A stretch of DNA of 64,000 nucleotides, from the NCBI GenBank assembly GCA_964016885.1, contig OZ024764.1:17112001-17176000 (forward strand), read 5' to 3'. This DNA comes from Eledone cirrhosa. Lineage: Eukaryota. Made by a program: the position numbers and the translations under genes. Below, piece by piece: positions 13,936 to 27,284 of the stretch (positions within the stretch are counted from its first letter, which is position 1; each line of letters begins with the position of its first letter). Below the pieces are notes generated by a model that was not told the origin of the DNA, did no database searches, and worked only from the letters and a program-made list of their open reading frames with translations.

Positions 13936-15180
13936 ATGGAGGACGTTAAACACTTGGACATTTCTAACACACCTGTTTCTACCAATATAGATACAGTTAC
14001 ACAGACATACAGTGGTGAGAACCCTTTACAGAGTGAAACATGTACTGAACAAGGATCATTACACAGAAATATTCCTGAATATAGCTGTGAGGTTTGTAGG
14101 AAAACTTTCTCTTCGGAAGATGAAGTCATCACACACAAAGCAAGACACACTCGGGATAAACCCTTCAATTGTGAAATATGTGGGGAAACTTTTGATCGCA
14201 ACAATCACTTAACATTACATAAAAGAACACACACTGGAGAAAAACCCTATCAATGTGAAATATGTGGGGAATCTTTTACACAGAATTCTCATCTTGTTAA
14301 ACATATACATAGTCACATGGGAGATAAACTGAATCATTGTGAAATATGTGGGAAATCTTTCCAAAACAATACTAATCTTTTAGTTCATAAACTTAGCCAC
14401 ACTGGTAAAAAACATTTCAAGTGTGAAATATGTGGGAAATCTTTTCTGTGTAATTCTCAACTTGTGAAACACACTTGTAGTAGTCACACTGAAGAAAAAC
14501 CCTATCACTGTGAAATATGTGGGAAATCTTTTGACCATAAGAGTCACTTAACATTACATAAAAGAACACACAGAGATATTCCTGAATATAGCTGTGAGGT
14601 TTGTAGGAAAACTTTCTCTTCGGAACATGAAGTTTCCACACACAGACCAATACACACGAAGGGAAAATTATGTGAAATATGTGAAAAATCCTTCTGGACG
14701 AATTCACAACTCGTTAAACATATACGTAGTCACACAGGAGAAAAACCATATCAGTGTGATATATGTTGGAAATCTTTTACACAAAATTCTTCTCTTGTAA
14801 GTCATATGCGAATACACACTGGTGAAAAACCTTTCCACTGTGAAATATGTGGGAAATCTTTTGTTAAAAATGCCAATCTGCTTGTTCACAAACGTAGTCA
14901 CACCGGAGAAAAACCTTATGTTTGTAAAATGTGTGAGAAATCTTTTGTGTGTAACAGCCACTTAAAAAGACACAGGAAAACACACACAGGAGAGAAGCCA
15001 TATCATTGTCAAATATGTGAAAGGTCTTTTGCCCGCAATAACCATTTGACAGAACATATTAGGATACATACTGGAGAAAAACCGTACCATTGTGAAATAT
15101 GTGGGAAATCTTTTACACAAAGTTCAACTCTTGTTAGCCACAAACGTAGTCACACTGGAAAAAAACCCCTACCATTGTGA
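13936..15180 (+). CDS. C2H2 zinc-finger protein, 13 fingers, single coding exon (ZNF1)
   Basis: 414-aa ORF with CxxC-x12-HxxxH repeats and TGEKP linkers. No KRAB/BTB/SCAN domain is recognisable. Confidence 0.93.
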   Translation: MEDVKHLDISNTPVSTNIDTVTQTYSGENPLQSETCTEQGSLHRNIPEYSCEVCRKTFSSEDEVITHKARHTRDKPFNCEICGETFDRNNHLTLHKRTHTGEKPYQCEICGESFTQNSHLVKHIHSHMGDKLNHCEICGKSFQNNTNLLVHKLSHTGKKHFKCEICGKSFLCNSQLVKHTCSSHTEEKPYHCEICGKSFDHKSHLTLHKRTHRDIPEYSCEVCRKTFSSEHEVSTHRPIHTKGKLCEICEKSFWTNSQLVKHIRSHTGEKPYQCDICWKSFTQNSSLVSHMRIHTGEKPFHCEICGKSFVKNANLLVHKRSHTGEKPYVCKMCEKSFVCNSHLKRHRKTHTGEKPYHCQICERSFARNNHLTEHIRIHTGEKPYHCEICGKSFTQSSTLVSHKRSHTGKKPLPL

Positions 15181-16191
15181 AATATATAGGAAATATTTTT
15201 ATCTATAACAGTGGCTTGTAATGGATGTATATATGTATGGGCCTGTGACTCTTGTTTGAGTTGTAGGGGTGCTGTAGTGGTAAACAGCATTTTGTGGGTA
15301 TTTTTTAAGTCTGGTGGAGCCCGTCTCTTCTCCAGTTCCTGAATACTACAGATTTCCTCCAGAGAATGATAGAGAGAGACACAGAATGAAAGTGAGAGAT
15401 ATAGAGGAAGAATCTACCCCAGTACTTGACTGGTATTTATTCATATATATATATATATATATGATGGCTGCAAACTCTGCTAAGAATATTGCAATCATTT
15501 ATCAGATTATAGAGTTTGGTGCACTTTTAGGCTACGGCCAACCACACAAACCTGTAACATATCCTGAAAAAACAATGCCTGCGCTTTGAAGGTTTTTTAA
15601 AATGGGGTAGGGCCTTGCACTTGACCAATCCCACTCTCTGAGCATCAAAAACACCACCCAAAAAGGAGAACTGGTCAACATCATCGGATGATTCTGAAGC
15701 CACAAGTTTTTTTTTTTCAAAGATTTATTTCCTCTCCTAGAAAGGTGTGACAACAACTGGAGGCCTTTACCTCCCAGGTGAAAAGAAAACAATATATATA
15801 TTGGGATTGAAATGCCCAGTTACTGTATGTTCACCAGAGTGAGCACTCAATGCATAGTTTCCAGTAAGTATAGCGGTGTAGAACGAAGCAGAGTGTAATA
15901 ATAATAAAAAGACGATTTGTTGTCTTCATTATATTTATTGATTGGTGATGTGTGTTTCGCTATTGATCCGCTCAAGGTTTGATTTGTATCGATCTAGCCT
16001 GACTCTGGGATCAAAAGCTCGCCGGACCTGTGCTGTGGTAATGACAGAAATTACCACAGCAGAAGAACCCTATTTCAGCTGCTTGTTTTCTAATCACATC
16101 TATAATATAGATCTGTGATCTCTTAATTCAGAGTAGCAGCTCTACCTGGAGCAACTCTCTAATCTCTGAACTACGTACTCTATCATCTTAA

Positions 16192-16681
16192 TTAACCCTT
16201 TAGTATTTATATTACTCTATATATACTATTGTATTTTCACAGTAAAGGTTTTACCTCACATAATATCTCACATAGCATTTACATTACTCTATATATACTA
16301 TTGTATTTTCACAGTAAAGGCTTTACCTCACATAATATCTCACATAACATTTACATTACTCTATATATACTATTGTATTGTCACAGTAAAGGCTTTACCT
16401 CACATAATATCTCACATAACATTTACATTACTCTATATATACTATTGTATTTTCACAGTAAAGGCTTTACCTCACATAATATCTCACATAACATTTACAT
16501 TACTCTATATACACTATTGTATTTTAATGGTAAAGGCTTTACCTCACATAATATCAAATCTATAAGATTTTGATATTACTTATTTTGAGAATACCTTGAC
16601 ATAATATGAGTGACCAGTTACAGCCGGTTTGAACAGAAAGAGGTGAGAGAATTCTGGCCAGTTTAAATGCTAAAGGGTTAA
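16192..16681. mobile_element. piggyBac-like MITE with 4-5 internal 72-bp units
   Basis: TTAA-CCCTTTAGTATTTA ... TAAATGCTAAAGGG-TTAA terminal inverted repeats. Confidence 0.85.
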
Positions 16682-17258
16682 TTGTCTGACTGTAACCTAC
16701 CATGCCAGGTGATGTCAGTATCTCAACAACATAAATAAGAAAGAGACAGAAGAAGAAAATGATTTTTAACACAAAGGAAAAGATAAAAAAAAGCATTAAA
16801 TATACTTACTGTGTTTCTTCCATTATTTTCCAAAACATCATCATCATCACCGCCGTCATCATCACTACCACCATCACCATCATCAATCCTCACTACCATC
16901 AACTTCACCATCATAACTTTTCCATGCTTGCATGGGTTGGACAGATCCTTTCCATCATCATCACCATTTTACATCTGTTTTCTCATGCTTGCATGAGTTG
17001 GATGGGTTTCCTTTCAGCACAGCATCTCTCCATTTGTCTGTCCTTCATCATAGTTTCAGCAATTTGAGATCTGCTCTGACTAAATCTTCCTTTACTGATG
17101 GTAGAACGCGAGTTGGTTTATATTGAGTATCAATATTTTCATGATTTTCACCAACTTCATATCCTACATAAATAGGGAGGGCATCCAGTTGTAGAAACTT
17201 AGCCAGAAACAGTTCTAATACGAGCAAGACATGGTCACAAGATCCAACTTGCCTCTAA

Positions 17259-18229
17259 TAGTATCAGAGCTGTGATCTCTCAATTCAGAGATTCTTTCCT
17301 CAGACATTCTAACCACATATCTGTAGTATCAGAGCTGTGATCTCTCAATTCAGAGATTCTTTCCTCAGACATTCTAACCACATGTCTGTAGTATCAGAGC
17401 TGTGATCTCTCAATTCAGAGATTCTTTCCTGAGACATTCTAACCACTTGTCTGTAGTATCAGAGCTGTGATCTCTCAATTCAGAGATTCTTTCCTGAGAC
17501 ATTCTAACCACATGTCTGTAGTATCAGAGCTGTGATCTCTCAATTCAGAGATTCTTTCCTCAGACATTCTAACCACATGTCTGTAGCATCAGAGCTGTGA
17601 TCTCCCAATTCAGAGATTCTTTCCTCAGACATTCTAACCACATGTCTGTAGTATCAGAGCTGTGATCTCTCAATCCAGAGATTCTTTCCTCAGACATTCT
17701 ACCCACATGTCTGTAGTATCAGAGCTGTGGTCTCTCAATTCAGAGATTCTTTCCTCAGACATTCTAACCACATGTCTGTAGTATCAGAGCTGTGCTCTCT
17801 CAATTCAGAGATTCTTTCCTCAGCCATTCTAACCACATGTCTGTAGTATCAGAGCTGTGATCTCTCAATCCAGAGATTCTTTCCTCAGACATTCTAACCA
17901 CATGTCTGTAGTATCAGAGCTGTGCTCTCTCAATTCAGAGATTCTTTCCTCAGACATTCTAACCACATGTTTGTAGTATTAGAGCTGTGGTCTCTCAATT
18001 CAGAGATTCTTTCCTGAGACATTCTAACCACATGTCTGTAGTATCAGAGCTGTGCTCTCTCAATTCAGAGATTCTTTCCTGAGACATTCTAACCACATGT
18101 CTGTAGTATCAGAGCTGTGGTCTCTCAATTCAGAGATTCTTTCCTGAGACATTCTAACCACATGTCTGTAGTATCAGAGCTGTGCTCTCTCAATTCAGAG
18201 ATTCTTTCCTCAGACATTCTAACCACATG
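17259..18229. repeat. 65-bp tandem array (about 15 copies) derived from an RTE LINE segment
   Basis: GTATCAGAGC at 17261, 17326 ...; same unit as 40720-41440. Confidence 0.92.
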
Positions 18230-18355
18230 CGCATCAAGACATGATATAAAAACATAAAAGAAAAATAAATAAACTCAAAAATTCTCAACCAACAATAGAA
18301 TTTTCTCAATTTATAGGATATATATACAAGAAATTTAACATGAATATAAATATCT

Positions 18356-18527
18356 TACTCTATTTCCCAGCGCCTAAGACGCTTCGTCCTCGAGGACACA
18401 CCCTAATTTTGACAACCAAAAATTTGCAAAATAAATAATAAACAACCCTCGACCTCCAGGGTGCATGGTAATTTTAGAGACTTATTTTAGGAAAAAAGTA
18501 GCGTCTTCGACACCGGGAAATACAGTA
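18356..18527. mobile_element. Short Tc1/mariner-pogo-like MITE
   Basis: Imperfect TIRs TA-CTCTATTTCCCAGCGCCTAAGACGC / GCGTCTTCGACACCGGGAAATACAG-TA. Confidence 0.55.
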
Positions 18528-20128
18528 TATGTACTCTCAGGGTTCAAATAATTATCCCTTAACCCCCGTTTTTAAATTTTTTAGATTTTTCCAACTAGAT
18601 CTGAAAAATGATATCTCCGACGTCTGGCAACTGACTTGGTAGACACCGACAACATTAGTAAGCATCTTTCCCCACTTATAAATATATAAGTATATATAGG
18701 GCATCCAACCGTAGAAAACCTGCCAGACAGTCCTATACGAGCAAGACACGGTCACCCGACCAATCTTGCCTCAAGTGGGACAACTCCCGTCTAACCCATG
18801 CTAGCGTGGAAGATAGACATTAAATGATGATGATGATGACAGTCTAATCGGCTAGGTTTGAATTTTAATAATATATGGACTTAATTAGATTATTGAATCT
18901 GGGGAGAATAAAATAAAGTACCAGTAATGCACTGGGTCGATTCAATCGACTTTTCCCTCCCCCAAAATTGCTGGCCTTGTGCCTATAGCAGAAACAATTA
19001 TTATCATCATTATTATATATTAATTCTAGTATTGCTAGAGGGTCGGACGCCATGCTTTGACGCATAGAGTTACGGCCCTTTGTGATCTGAGTTCAAATCC
19101 TGCCGAGGTTAACTTTGCCTCTCATCATTACGAGGTCGATAAAATAAAATACCAGTAATACACTGGGATAATTGCTGGCCTTGTGCCAAAAGTAGAAATA
19201 GTTATTATTATTATATTATATTTTAATTCTGGTTTTTTTTTTTTTAAATCAAGGGAGACAACCTAGAAAATTTACCGTTTTTTCCAACCCACCGCTTATT
19301 CCACTTATTCAGATTATTTATAATCCCCTTTCACTTATTACATTTTTCTAGTCTATCTCCAGTGAAATGTTATTTTAAGTTGTAGCATTCCTGTAACAAT
19401 TAATATTTTCGTTAGACATTAAAAAAACATTATACAAAATAACAACAACAAAAAAGTACCTTACTAAAAATTCCATACATTATAAAATAAATAGGGTGTG
19501 TTGGAGGTCTTAATATGTAAACTAAACAACATATTCTGTTTTTTTTTTAAAAATCAAGGGAGACAATCTAGAAAAATTACTGATTTGCCCCACCTATTAT
19601 TTAGGACCTGATAATATATATATATATATAGTAATAATAAATTTGAAGACTAAAATCCAAAGAGGGCTCGATAAGGATAAATATATATCAAATATATAAG
19701 AACCCTAGAGCAAATATTTATTAAAATAACAGATTAAAGTTTAATATATATATATAGATATATATGTATGTAAAATGTAAACAGAATAACAACACAATCG
19801 GTACAGTATATGGAAGGGATATATTAGGTTAACGCTTGATATACCAGGAAGAGGGTCTTAACGTTTCGGACGAAGAAAGAATGAGAAATATGATAGATTA
19901 AGGGGACGGGCAGGTTGGAATTGGAAAAAAATGTCTTTAGATAAAAATAACAGGTCCATTCATGTTGACATCTCTTGTATATAACAAATAACAAAAAGTT
20001 ATCGCTCTACATGGCTGAATACAATAAATGAGTATTTTTAATATTAATAATCGATCCGTTTGCAATTATGCAAAGCCATGTCAGTAGAATGAGCCCCTCA
20101 TTCTTGCCCTTGTGTTGGCATGTAAATA

Positions 20129-20178
20129 GAACTGCAGACACTAATGTTTCTGGGTATCACCCTTCATCAGTACAGTTC
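20129..20178 (-). ncRNA. Type I hammerhead ribozyme motif
   Basis: Minus strand: gaactgta CTGATGA a-gggt-gat-accc-a GAAA ca-ttag-tg TC tgcagttc. 8-bp stem I, GUC triplet, A/A mismatch at the base of stem II. Confidence 0.72.
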
Positions 20179-20689
20179 ACTGTTCACCTGTCAGAGCTAG
20201 TGAAAATATATGATATTTTCTAAAATATACAGTGAACATGTGATCAGTCATAGTTAAACCCCAGTTTTAGTAGGGAATATGATTTTAAAACATGTGGTAA
20301 GAGTCTTAGGTAAACCCTATTAGAAGGGAACATGTTCTTAAAACCTTTGTTGTTGTTGTATGATGTATTCAAATTTGGCATTGACAAGCTAAAGTATACA
20401 GTATCCAGTGAAGTACCCATCCACACTGTAAAGTGGCCGTGTAGGTGTCATAACAAAAAGTACCCATCCACACTGTAAAGTGGTCATGTAGGTGTCACAA
20501 CAAAAAGCACCCAGTCCACACTGTAAATGAGGTTGGCATTAGGAAGAGTAACCAGCTGTAGAAACCAACCCCAAATCGGTTCTGTATGAGCAAGACATGG
20601 TCACCTGACCTGGCATTGCTTACAACAGGACAACTCATCTAACCCAAGCTAGCATGGAAAAATGAACATTAAACGGTGATGATGATAGG

Positions 20690-21529
20690 TTACTTTTCCA
20701 TATGAATGCCTATGTGTTTAGTTAAGTCCCCTTTTTGAATGAATGATTTACCACAGATGTCACACTGAAATGGCTTCTCTCCTGTATGAGTACGTTTGTG
20801 AGTGGTTAAGCCACTACTTCTAGAAAACGATTTACCACAGTCATCACAGTGGTATGGTTTCTCTCCCGTATGAATTCGTATGTGAGTGGTTAAGGTGCGG
20901 ACATCTGAAAAGGAATTACCACAGATATCACAGTGGTACGGTTTCTCTCCTGTATGAATGCGTATGTGTCTAGTTAAGCGACCAGTTTCAGAGAATGATT
21001 TACCACAGATATCACAGTGATATGGCTTCTCTCCTGTATGAATACGCTTGTGTCTAGTTAGGTGACTGCCTCCAGAGAAAGATTTACCGCAGACATCACA
21101 GTGATATGGTTTCTCTCCTGTATGAATACGTTCGTGAAGAGTTAAGTTACCTTTCTGAGAGAATGATTTACCACAGACATCACAGTGATACGGTATCTCT
21201 CCCGTATGGATCACTCTATGTCTAGTCAAGTCGCTACTCCCAGAGAATGATTTACCGCAAGTGTCACAGTGATATGGTTTCTCTCCTGTATGAGTACGTT
21301 TATGAGAAATTAAATGGCCCGTCACAGAGAACGATTTGCCACAGATGTCACAGTGGTAGGGTGTCTCTCCTGTATGAATACGTTTGTGTTTAGCCAAGTC
21401 ACTGCTTGCACGAAAAAGTTTACCACATGTATCGCAGAGATGAGATTTCTCTCCCGGGTTATGTTTTTTAGAGGGAGACTTTTCACAGACATCACAGGGA
21501 TAAGATGAATTCCCTATCTTTTGCGACAT
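20690..21529 (-). CDS. C2H2 zinc-finger protein, 9 intact fingers (ZNF2)
   Basis: 279-aa ORF with [16 protein letters not shown] repeats. Confidence 0.9.
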   Translation of the reverse strand: MSQKIGNSSYPCDVCEKSPSKKHNPGEKSHLCDTCGKLFRASSDLAKHKRIHTGETPYHCDICGKSFSVTGHLISHKRTHTGEKPYHCDTCGKSFSGSSDLTRHRVIHTGEIPYHCDVCGKSFSQKGNLTLHERIHTGEKPYHCDVCGKSFSGGSHLTRHKRIHTGEKPYHCDICGKSFSETGRLTRHIRIHTGEKPYHCDICGNSFSDVRTLTTHIRIHTGEKPYHCDDCGKSFSRSSGLTTHKRTHTGEKPFQCDICGKSFIQKGDLTKHIGIHMEK

Positions 21530-21884
21530 CTTTTCACAAATATATTAATGGTAATTATCAATCCTGTTTCTCAAAGTTCTTTCATCACACATTTCTGACA
21601 TCTTCAATCATTATCGCTGTTTTCTCTCTTCTTTCAAAAACAATATGAGCCCAGTGCATTACTGGTACTTTTTTTATTGTCCCTGTAAAGATGAAAAGCA
21701 AAGCTAACCTTGGCAGGATTTGAACTCAGAATCTAAAGCATATTTTCCAATGCTCATAACATGCTGTAATGATTTAACAGGAAATCAATACGAAACAGGT
21801 TTGTTAATTCAAATGTTTATAGCATCTTTACTAGTGGACAGATTGTTGTGAAAATTTACAGTATTAGAGTAAAGACTTTAATAT

Positions 21885-22186
21885 TTAACCCTTTAGTATT
21901 TAAATTACTCTATATATACTATTATATTTTCACAGTAAAGGCTTTACTTCACATAATATCTCACATAACCTTTACATTACTCTATATATACTATTGTATT
22001 TTCACAGTAAAGGCTTTACCTCACATAACATTTATTACTCTATATATACTATTGTATTTTCACAGTAAAGTCTTGACCTCACATAATATCAAATCTATGA
22101 CATTTTGATATTATTTATTTTGAGAACAATACCTTAACATCAGTATAAGTGGCCAGTTACAGCTGGTTTGACTACTAAAGGGTTAA
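21885..22186. mobile_element. piggyBac-like MITE with 2-3 internal units
   Basis: TTAA-CCCTTTAGT ... ACTAAAGGG-TTAA. Confidence 0.8.
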
Positions 22187-22527
22187 TGTGGTTGGTTAAT
22201 TCAAATGTTTGTACTGTCTTTACTAGTTGACAGATCATTGTGAAAATTTGCAGTATCAATATAACAGTTTTAACTTTCCTGTGATGTAGTCATGTTTTTG
22301 CTTGACTTTTCACGAATGTCTTGCTAATGCGGTCTACTGTGGTACAGGACAGTAAGAGTTAAAGGTGATGAACACTGATGTGGGAACTTCTTCAAAACTC
22401 ATCTGCTATAATATCTGAAATAATAGAGAAACATTACATGGTAGAAAGGAGAAAAATTAAAAACAATTCTATATTGATAAACTGTAGATATAAATATGTA
22501 TCCAACCCCCCCCCCCATTTCAATATA

Positions 22528-22732
22528 TATAGGAAAAGAGTCAGGACCCCGACAACTGAGCTCCAACTGTTTCGACAGCTACATCTGTGGCTTAGTTCGG
22601 ATCTAGCTGTCGAAACGGCCAGAGCTCAGCCGTCGGGGTGCTGACTCTTTTCCTATTAACCACTCTACTACCCTAAGTATTGAGTACTCTGTTGCGTTAT
22701 GGTCCACCTGGTTCCTTACCTCACTTCCTTTG

Positions 22733-22787
<55 letters not shown>

Positions 22788-22902
22788 AAAAGAGTCAGTA
22801 CCCCGACGGCTGAGCTCCAGCCGTTTCCACAGCTAGATCCGAACTGTATTGAGTACTCTGGTGCATTATGGTCCACCTGGTTCCTTACCACACTTCCTTT
22901 GT

Positions 22903-22905
<3 letters not shown>
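22528..22905. mobile_element. Two hairpin-headed repeat copies
   Basis: Homologous to 9674-9865 and separated by (TA)n. Confidence 0.75.
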
Positions 22906-22933
<28 letters not shown>

Positions 22934-24029
22934 ACTTATATATATATATTTAGTTTTTCAATTTGTTTTGCAGGTTTCTTATCTGAAAACGTATGTTGAA
23001 ACAGATATAGTTATACTTTGGTAGGGTCATGTTGCCAATAAAAACACACACACACACCTGTTGGTTTTAACTTCAATTTATTATAAATTTCTGGTTGGTT
23101 GGTTTTTATAGTGTATAGTATACATATTAGTAGAGTAACAAAATGTAATATAGAAATGGTTTCTTCAGGACTAGAACTGTTTCAAGTGAAAGAAAATCAT
23201 CAAATATACACACACCACTCTTTTATACGTTTATATTTCTGTCTATCAACGACTCATCCTTACGGCGTCGATAAAATAATGTACCAGTAATACACTGGTA
23301 TAAATGCTGGCTTTGTGCCAAAAGTAGAAACAATTATATTTGTAATATTCGGTGAATTTGCAGCAAAGAGTTACGGCCCTTTATGGTCTGAGTTCAAATC
23401 CCGCCGAGGTTAACTTTGCCTTTCATCCTTACGGGGGTTGATAAAATAAAGTACCAGTAATACACTGGGGTAATTGCTGGCCTTGTGCCAACAGTAGAAA
23501 CAGTTATATTTGTAATGTTCTTCTGAACGAATTACGAGCAATTTATAATCTTATTTACGTATTTGTAATGTTATTTATGTATATATCCAAAACATTTGTA
23601 ATGACGACTTTTGACAAATAAAATATATTTTTACTCAGTGCCTCCGTCTCCCTCGCTCTCTCTTTCCATTTCTCACTATTATAGGCAAATGTGTGTGTGG
23701 GGGGGGGGGCGCTGTTTATATTGTATTATATATATATGTTGGTACCACAACATCCAGCCCGAAACAAATGTGGTCGTGTAGGTGTCACGACAAAAAAACA
23801 GTCCACGCTGTAATGTGGCCGTGTAGGCAACACGGTAAAAACCTCCCAGTTCCACACTGTAAACGTGGTTGGTGTTAGGAAGGGCATCCAGCCGTAGAAA
23901 ACCCGCCAGACAGTCCTATGCGAGCAAGACAACCACTCTTGCCTCAAGTGGGAAAACACCCGTCCAAACCCATGCAAGCGTGGAATATGGACGTTAAACG
24001 ATAATGATGATGATATATATATATATAAT

Positions 24030-24415
24030 GGGGAAAGATTCAGGACCCAGACGGATAAGCTCCGGCCGTTTCGACAGCTAGATCCGAACTAAAGTTTAGT
24101 TCGGATCTAGCTGCCGTCGGGGTCCTGACTCTTTTCATATTACCCACTCTACTACCCTAAGTATTGAGTACTTTGGTGGGTTGTGGTCCACCTGGTATCT
24201 TACGACACTTTCTTTGTTATATATATATATAGGAAAAGATTCAGGAGCCCGACGACCGAGCTTCGGCTGTCCGAACTGTTCAGATCTAGATGTCGAAACG
24301 GCAGGAGCTCAGCCGTCGGGGTCCTGAATCTTTTCCTATTACCCACTCTACTACCCCAAGTATTGAGTACTCTGGTGGGTTACGGTTTAGCTGGTTTTTA
24401 CCACACCCTATCTGA
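24030..24415. mobile_element. Two further hairpin-headed repeat copies
   Basis: Homologous to 9674-9865. Confidence 0.75.
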
Positions 24416-24419
24416 TATA

Positions 24420-24451
<32 letters not shown>

Positions 24452-24509
24452 ATATACATGTATATATATATTTGCAAATCCATATTTAATAAATACACCA
24501 TGTTTTTTA

Positions 24510-24568
24510 TTCATTCTGACGACTGAAGACAGACACAACATGTCTTCAAGAAACCACTGGTAAATGAA
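24510..24568 (+). ncRNA. Type I hammerhead ribozyme motif
   Basis: ttcatt CTGACGA c-tgaagaca...tgtcttca-a GAAA cc-act-gg TA aatgaa. Same family as 54542-54612, sharing the downstream CTTATGTTGTTTATTACATAACTATA. Confidence 0.68.
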
Positions 24569-24863
24569 ATAATTATCTTATGTTGTTTATTACATAACTA
24601 TATATAACTTACCTGTTATGGTGTATATATATTAATATTTTACATTGATATATAAACCCGAGTCCACTGAGAAGAATTCCAGATAGCACCTGACAACAAC
24701 TTTTTCTCCATACAGTTTAAATACACAACAATTTCCGAATGGCTCAATAACGGCAGAAGGGCACAGGGGAATATTGACACCCCTTTTTGGATGTAAGAAG
24801 TAGGGGCTTCTTCTCTGAAGACCTTCTGATGTCCAGCTCTACAAGGAGTTCTTAGCAGTTAAC

Positions 24864-24901
<38 letters not shown>

Positions 24902-25186
24902 GACCAAACACTTGCTTGAAGTAGGAGGGGTTCTTCTCGGAAGACCTTCTATTACCCAGCTCTCCAAACGTCGAGAAAATAACAGGAAGTGAGGTGTGTT
25001 CGCGTGACTATAATCTATGTTCCGCTCTTTAACAATGAAAACCACGAAATGTGTAGTGTCAGCAAAATTTAAAAAACATCAACAACAAAAATGACATCGT
25101 AAGGTCAAAGGTGAAATCAGTAGACGGGAGGTCAACGCGGAAAATGTCAACACAACTTCTAGCGACAAAGCCTTCATGTACAAATG

Positions 25187-25229
<43 letters not shown>

Positions 25230-26060
25230 TCAGGACCCCGACGGCAGGAGCTCAGCCGATGGGGTCCTGACTCTTTTACTATTACCCACTCTACTACCCT
25301 AAGTATCGAGAACTCTCGTGGGTTATGGTCCACCTGGTTCCTTATCTGATATATATATATATATATATAATTTTCGCTCTACATGGCTGAATACAATAAA
25401 TGTAATCTGAGTTTTTCGAATATTAATAATAACATTCGATTCGTTTGTAATTATGCAAACAAGCCTCATTTTTAAAGCCATGTCAGTAGAATGAACACTT
25501 CATTCTTGTTCTTGTGTTGGCATGTTAACAGAACTGCAGTTATTAATATTCGAAAAACTCAGATTACATTTATTATATATATATATAGAGATAACAGAAG
25601 TCTGATAAGCCATTGATTCCAGAGTCGTGCTCGATCGTCAGAGATCGAACCTTGAGCTGATCAATCACGAAACACACGTCACACCTAGCAAGCTGAGCCA
25701 GCCACCATGTAGTGACTTCCTCGTCGATAGGTAATTGTTGCTTTGATGAGAGATAATCTTTTATTTATAATCGATTGGATACGATAAACCATTTCTAAAT
25801 GTACTAAATTATGCCAGGGGACTTTTTACGTATGTCACCGGTGTTATTTAGAGGGGAAATATTGTACACGACACCGAGTATTTGCTATCGCAATTATAGT
25901 TTTATTTAATCTAATTATATCTTGTGTAGTAATTATTTAATATCAATGTGAACGGTAATGGTTTGTGGATAAGATAAGGTGGCCTCATGATGTCCAGGAC
26001 AAGAAACTAAACTGTAATATATTATAATCACAGATATTTCTTGACTTTTAAATAATTACT

Positions 26061-27284
26061 ATGGAGGACGTTAAACACTTGGACATTTCTAACACACCTG
26101 TTTCTACCAATATAGATACAGTTACACAGACATACAGTGGTGAGAACCCTTTACAGAGTGAAACATGTACTGAACAAGGATCATTACAAAGAAATATTCC
26201 TGAATATAGCTGTGAGGTTTGTAGGAAAACTTTCTCTTCGGAAGACGAAGTTACCACACACAAAGCAAGACACACTCGGGATAAACCCTTCAATTGTGAA
26301 ATATGTGGGGAATCTTTCACTCAGATTTCTAGTCTAGATGTCCACATACGTAGTCACAGTGTAGAAAACCCCTATCATTTTGAAATAAGTGGGGAATCTT
26401 TTGTCACCAACAGTTTTACAAGACTGAAAAAAACAAACACTACAGAAAAACCCTTCCATTGTGAAATATGTGGGAAATCTTTTGCTGATAATTGCGGTCT
26501 TACAGTACACATACGTAGGCATACTGGAGAAAAACCGTTCCACTGTGAACTCTGTGGGAAAGCTTTCGTCTCTAACAGTGATTTCACAAAACACAAGAGA
26601 ATACATACTGGAGAAAAACCATTCCAGTGCCAAATCTGTTGTAAATCTTTTGTAAAAAACGGCGATTTAAATAGACACAAACGGACACACACTGGAGAGA
26701 AACCTTGTCGTTGTGAAGTGTGTGGCAAGTCATTTAGTGACAATTCTAATCTTGTTATTCACAAACGTAGACACACCGGAGAAAAACCCTACCATTGTGA
26801 AATCTGTGGGAAATCTTTCGTCTCCAATAGTGAATTAACGCCACACAAAAGAACACACACTGGAGAGAAACCCTATCATTGTGAGATATGTGGTAAATCT
26901 TTCTCTGTAGATATTAGTCTAGCTAATCATGTCTGTAGTCAAGCTGCAGTAAAACGCTTTCACTGTGAAATATGTGCGAAATCTTTTGTATTTAATAGTG
27001 ATTTAACAAAACACAGGAGAATACACACTGGAGAGAAACCCTATCATTGTGAAGTGTGTGAGAAATCTTTCGTTTTTAACAGTGATTTAACGAAACACGT
27101 CAGAATTCACACAGGAGAAAAACCTTATCGATGTAAAATATGTGGAAAAACTTTCTCTGTTAATTCTAGTCTTGTAAAACATACAAGAATACATACTGAC
27201 GACGAACTGTATCATTGTGGAGTGTGTGGGATATCTTTCATTAACAAATCTAGTTTTCTAGCCCACAATTGTAGACATGTTTGA
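26061..27284 (+). CDS. C2H2 zinc-finger protein, about 12 fingers plus one degenerate (ZNF3)
   Basis: 407-aa ORF. The first ~83 aa are nearly identical to ZNF1. Confidence 0.92.
   Translation: MEDVKHLDISNTPVSTNIDTVTQTYSGENPLQSETCTEQGSLQRNIPEYSCEVCRKTFSSEDEVTTHKARHTRDKPFNCEICGESFTQISSLDVHIRSHSVENPYHFEISGESFVTNSFTRLKKTNTTEKPFHCEICGKSFADNCGLTVHIRRHTGEKPFHCELCGKAFVSNSDFTKHKRIHTGEKPFQCQICCKSFVKNGDLNRHKRTHTGEKPCRCEVCGKSFSDNSNLVIHKRRHTGEKPYHCEICGKSFVSNSELTPHKRTHTGEKPYHCEICGKSFSVDISLANHVCSQAAVKRFHCEICAKSFVFNSDLTKHRRIHTGEKPYHCEVCEKSFVFNSDLTKHVRIHTGEKPYRCKICGKTFSVNSSLVKHTRIHTDDELYHCGVCGISFINKSSFLAHNCRHV

Noticed and set aside
13902-14961. Antisense and alternate-frame ORFs over ZNF genes (also 26048-26743, 47204)
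   Set aside because: Shadow frames of repetitive zinc-finger coding sequence.
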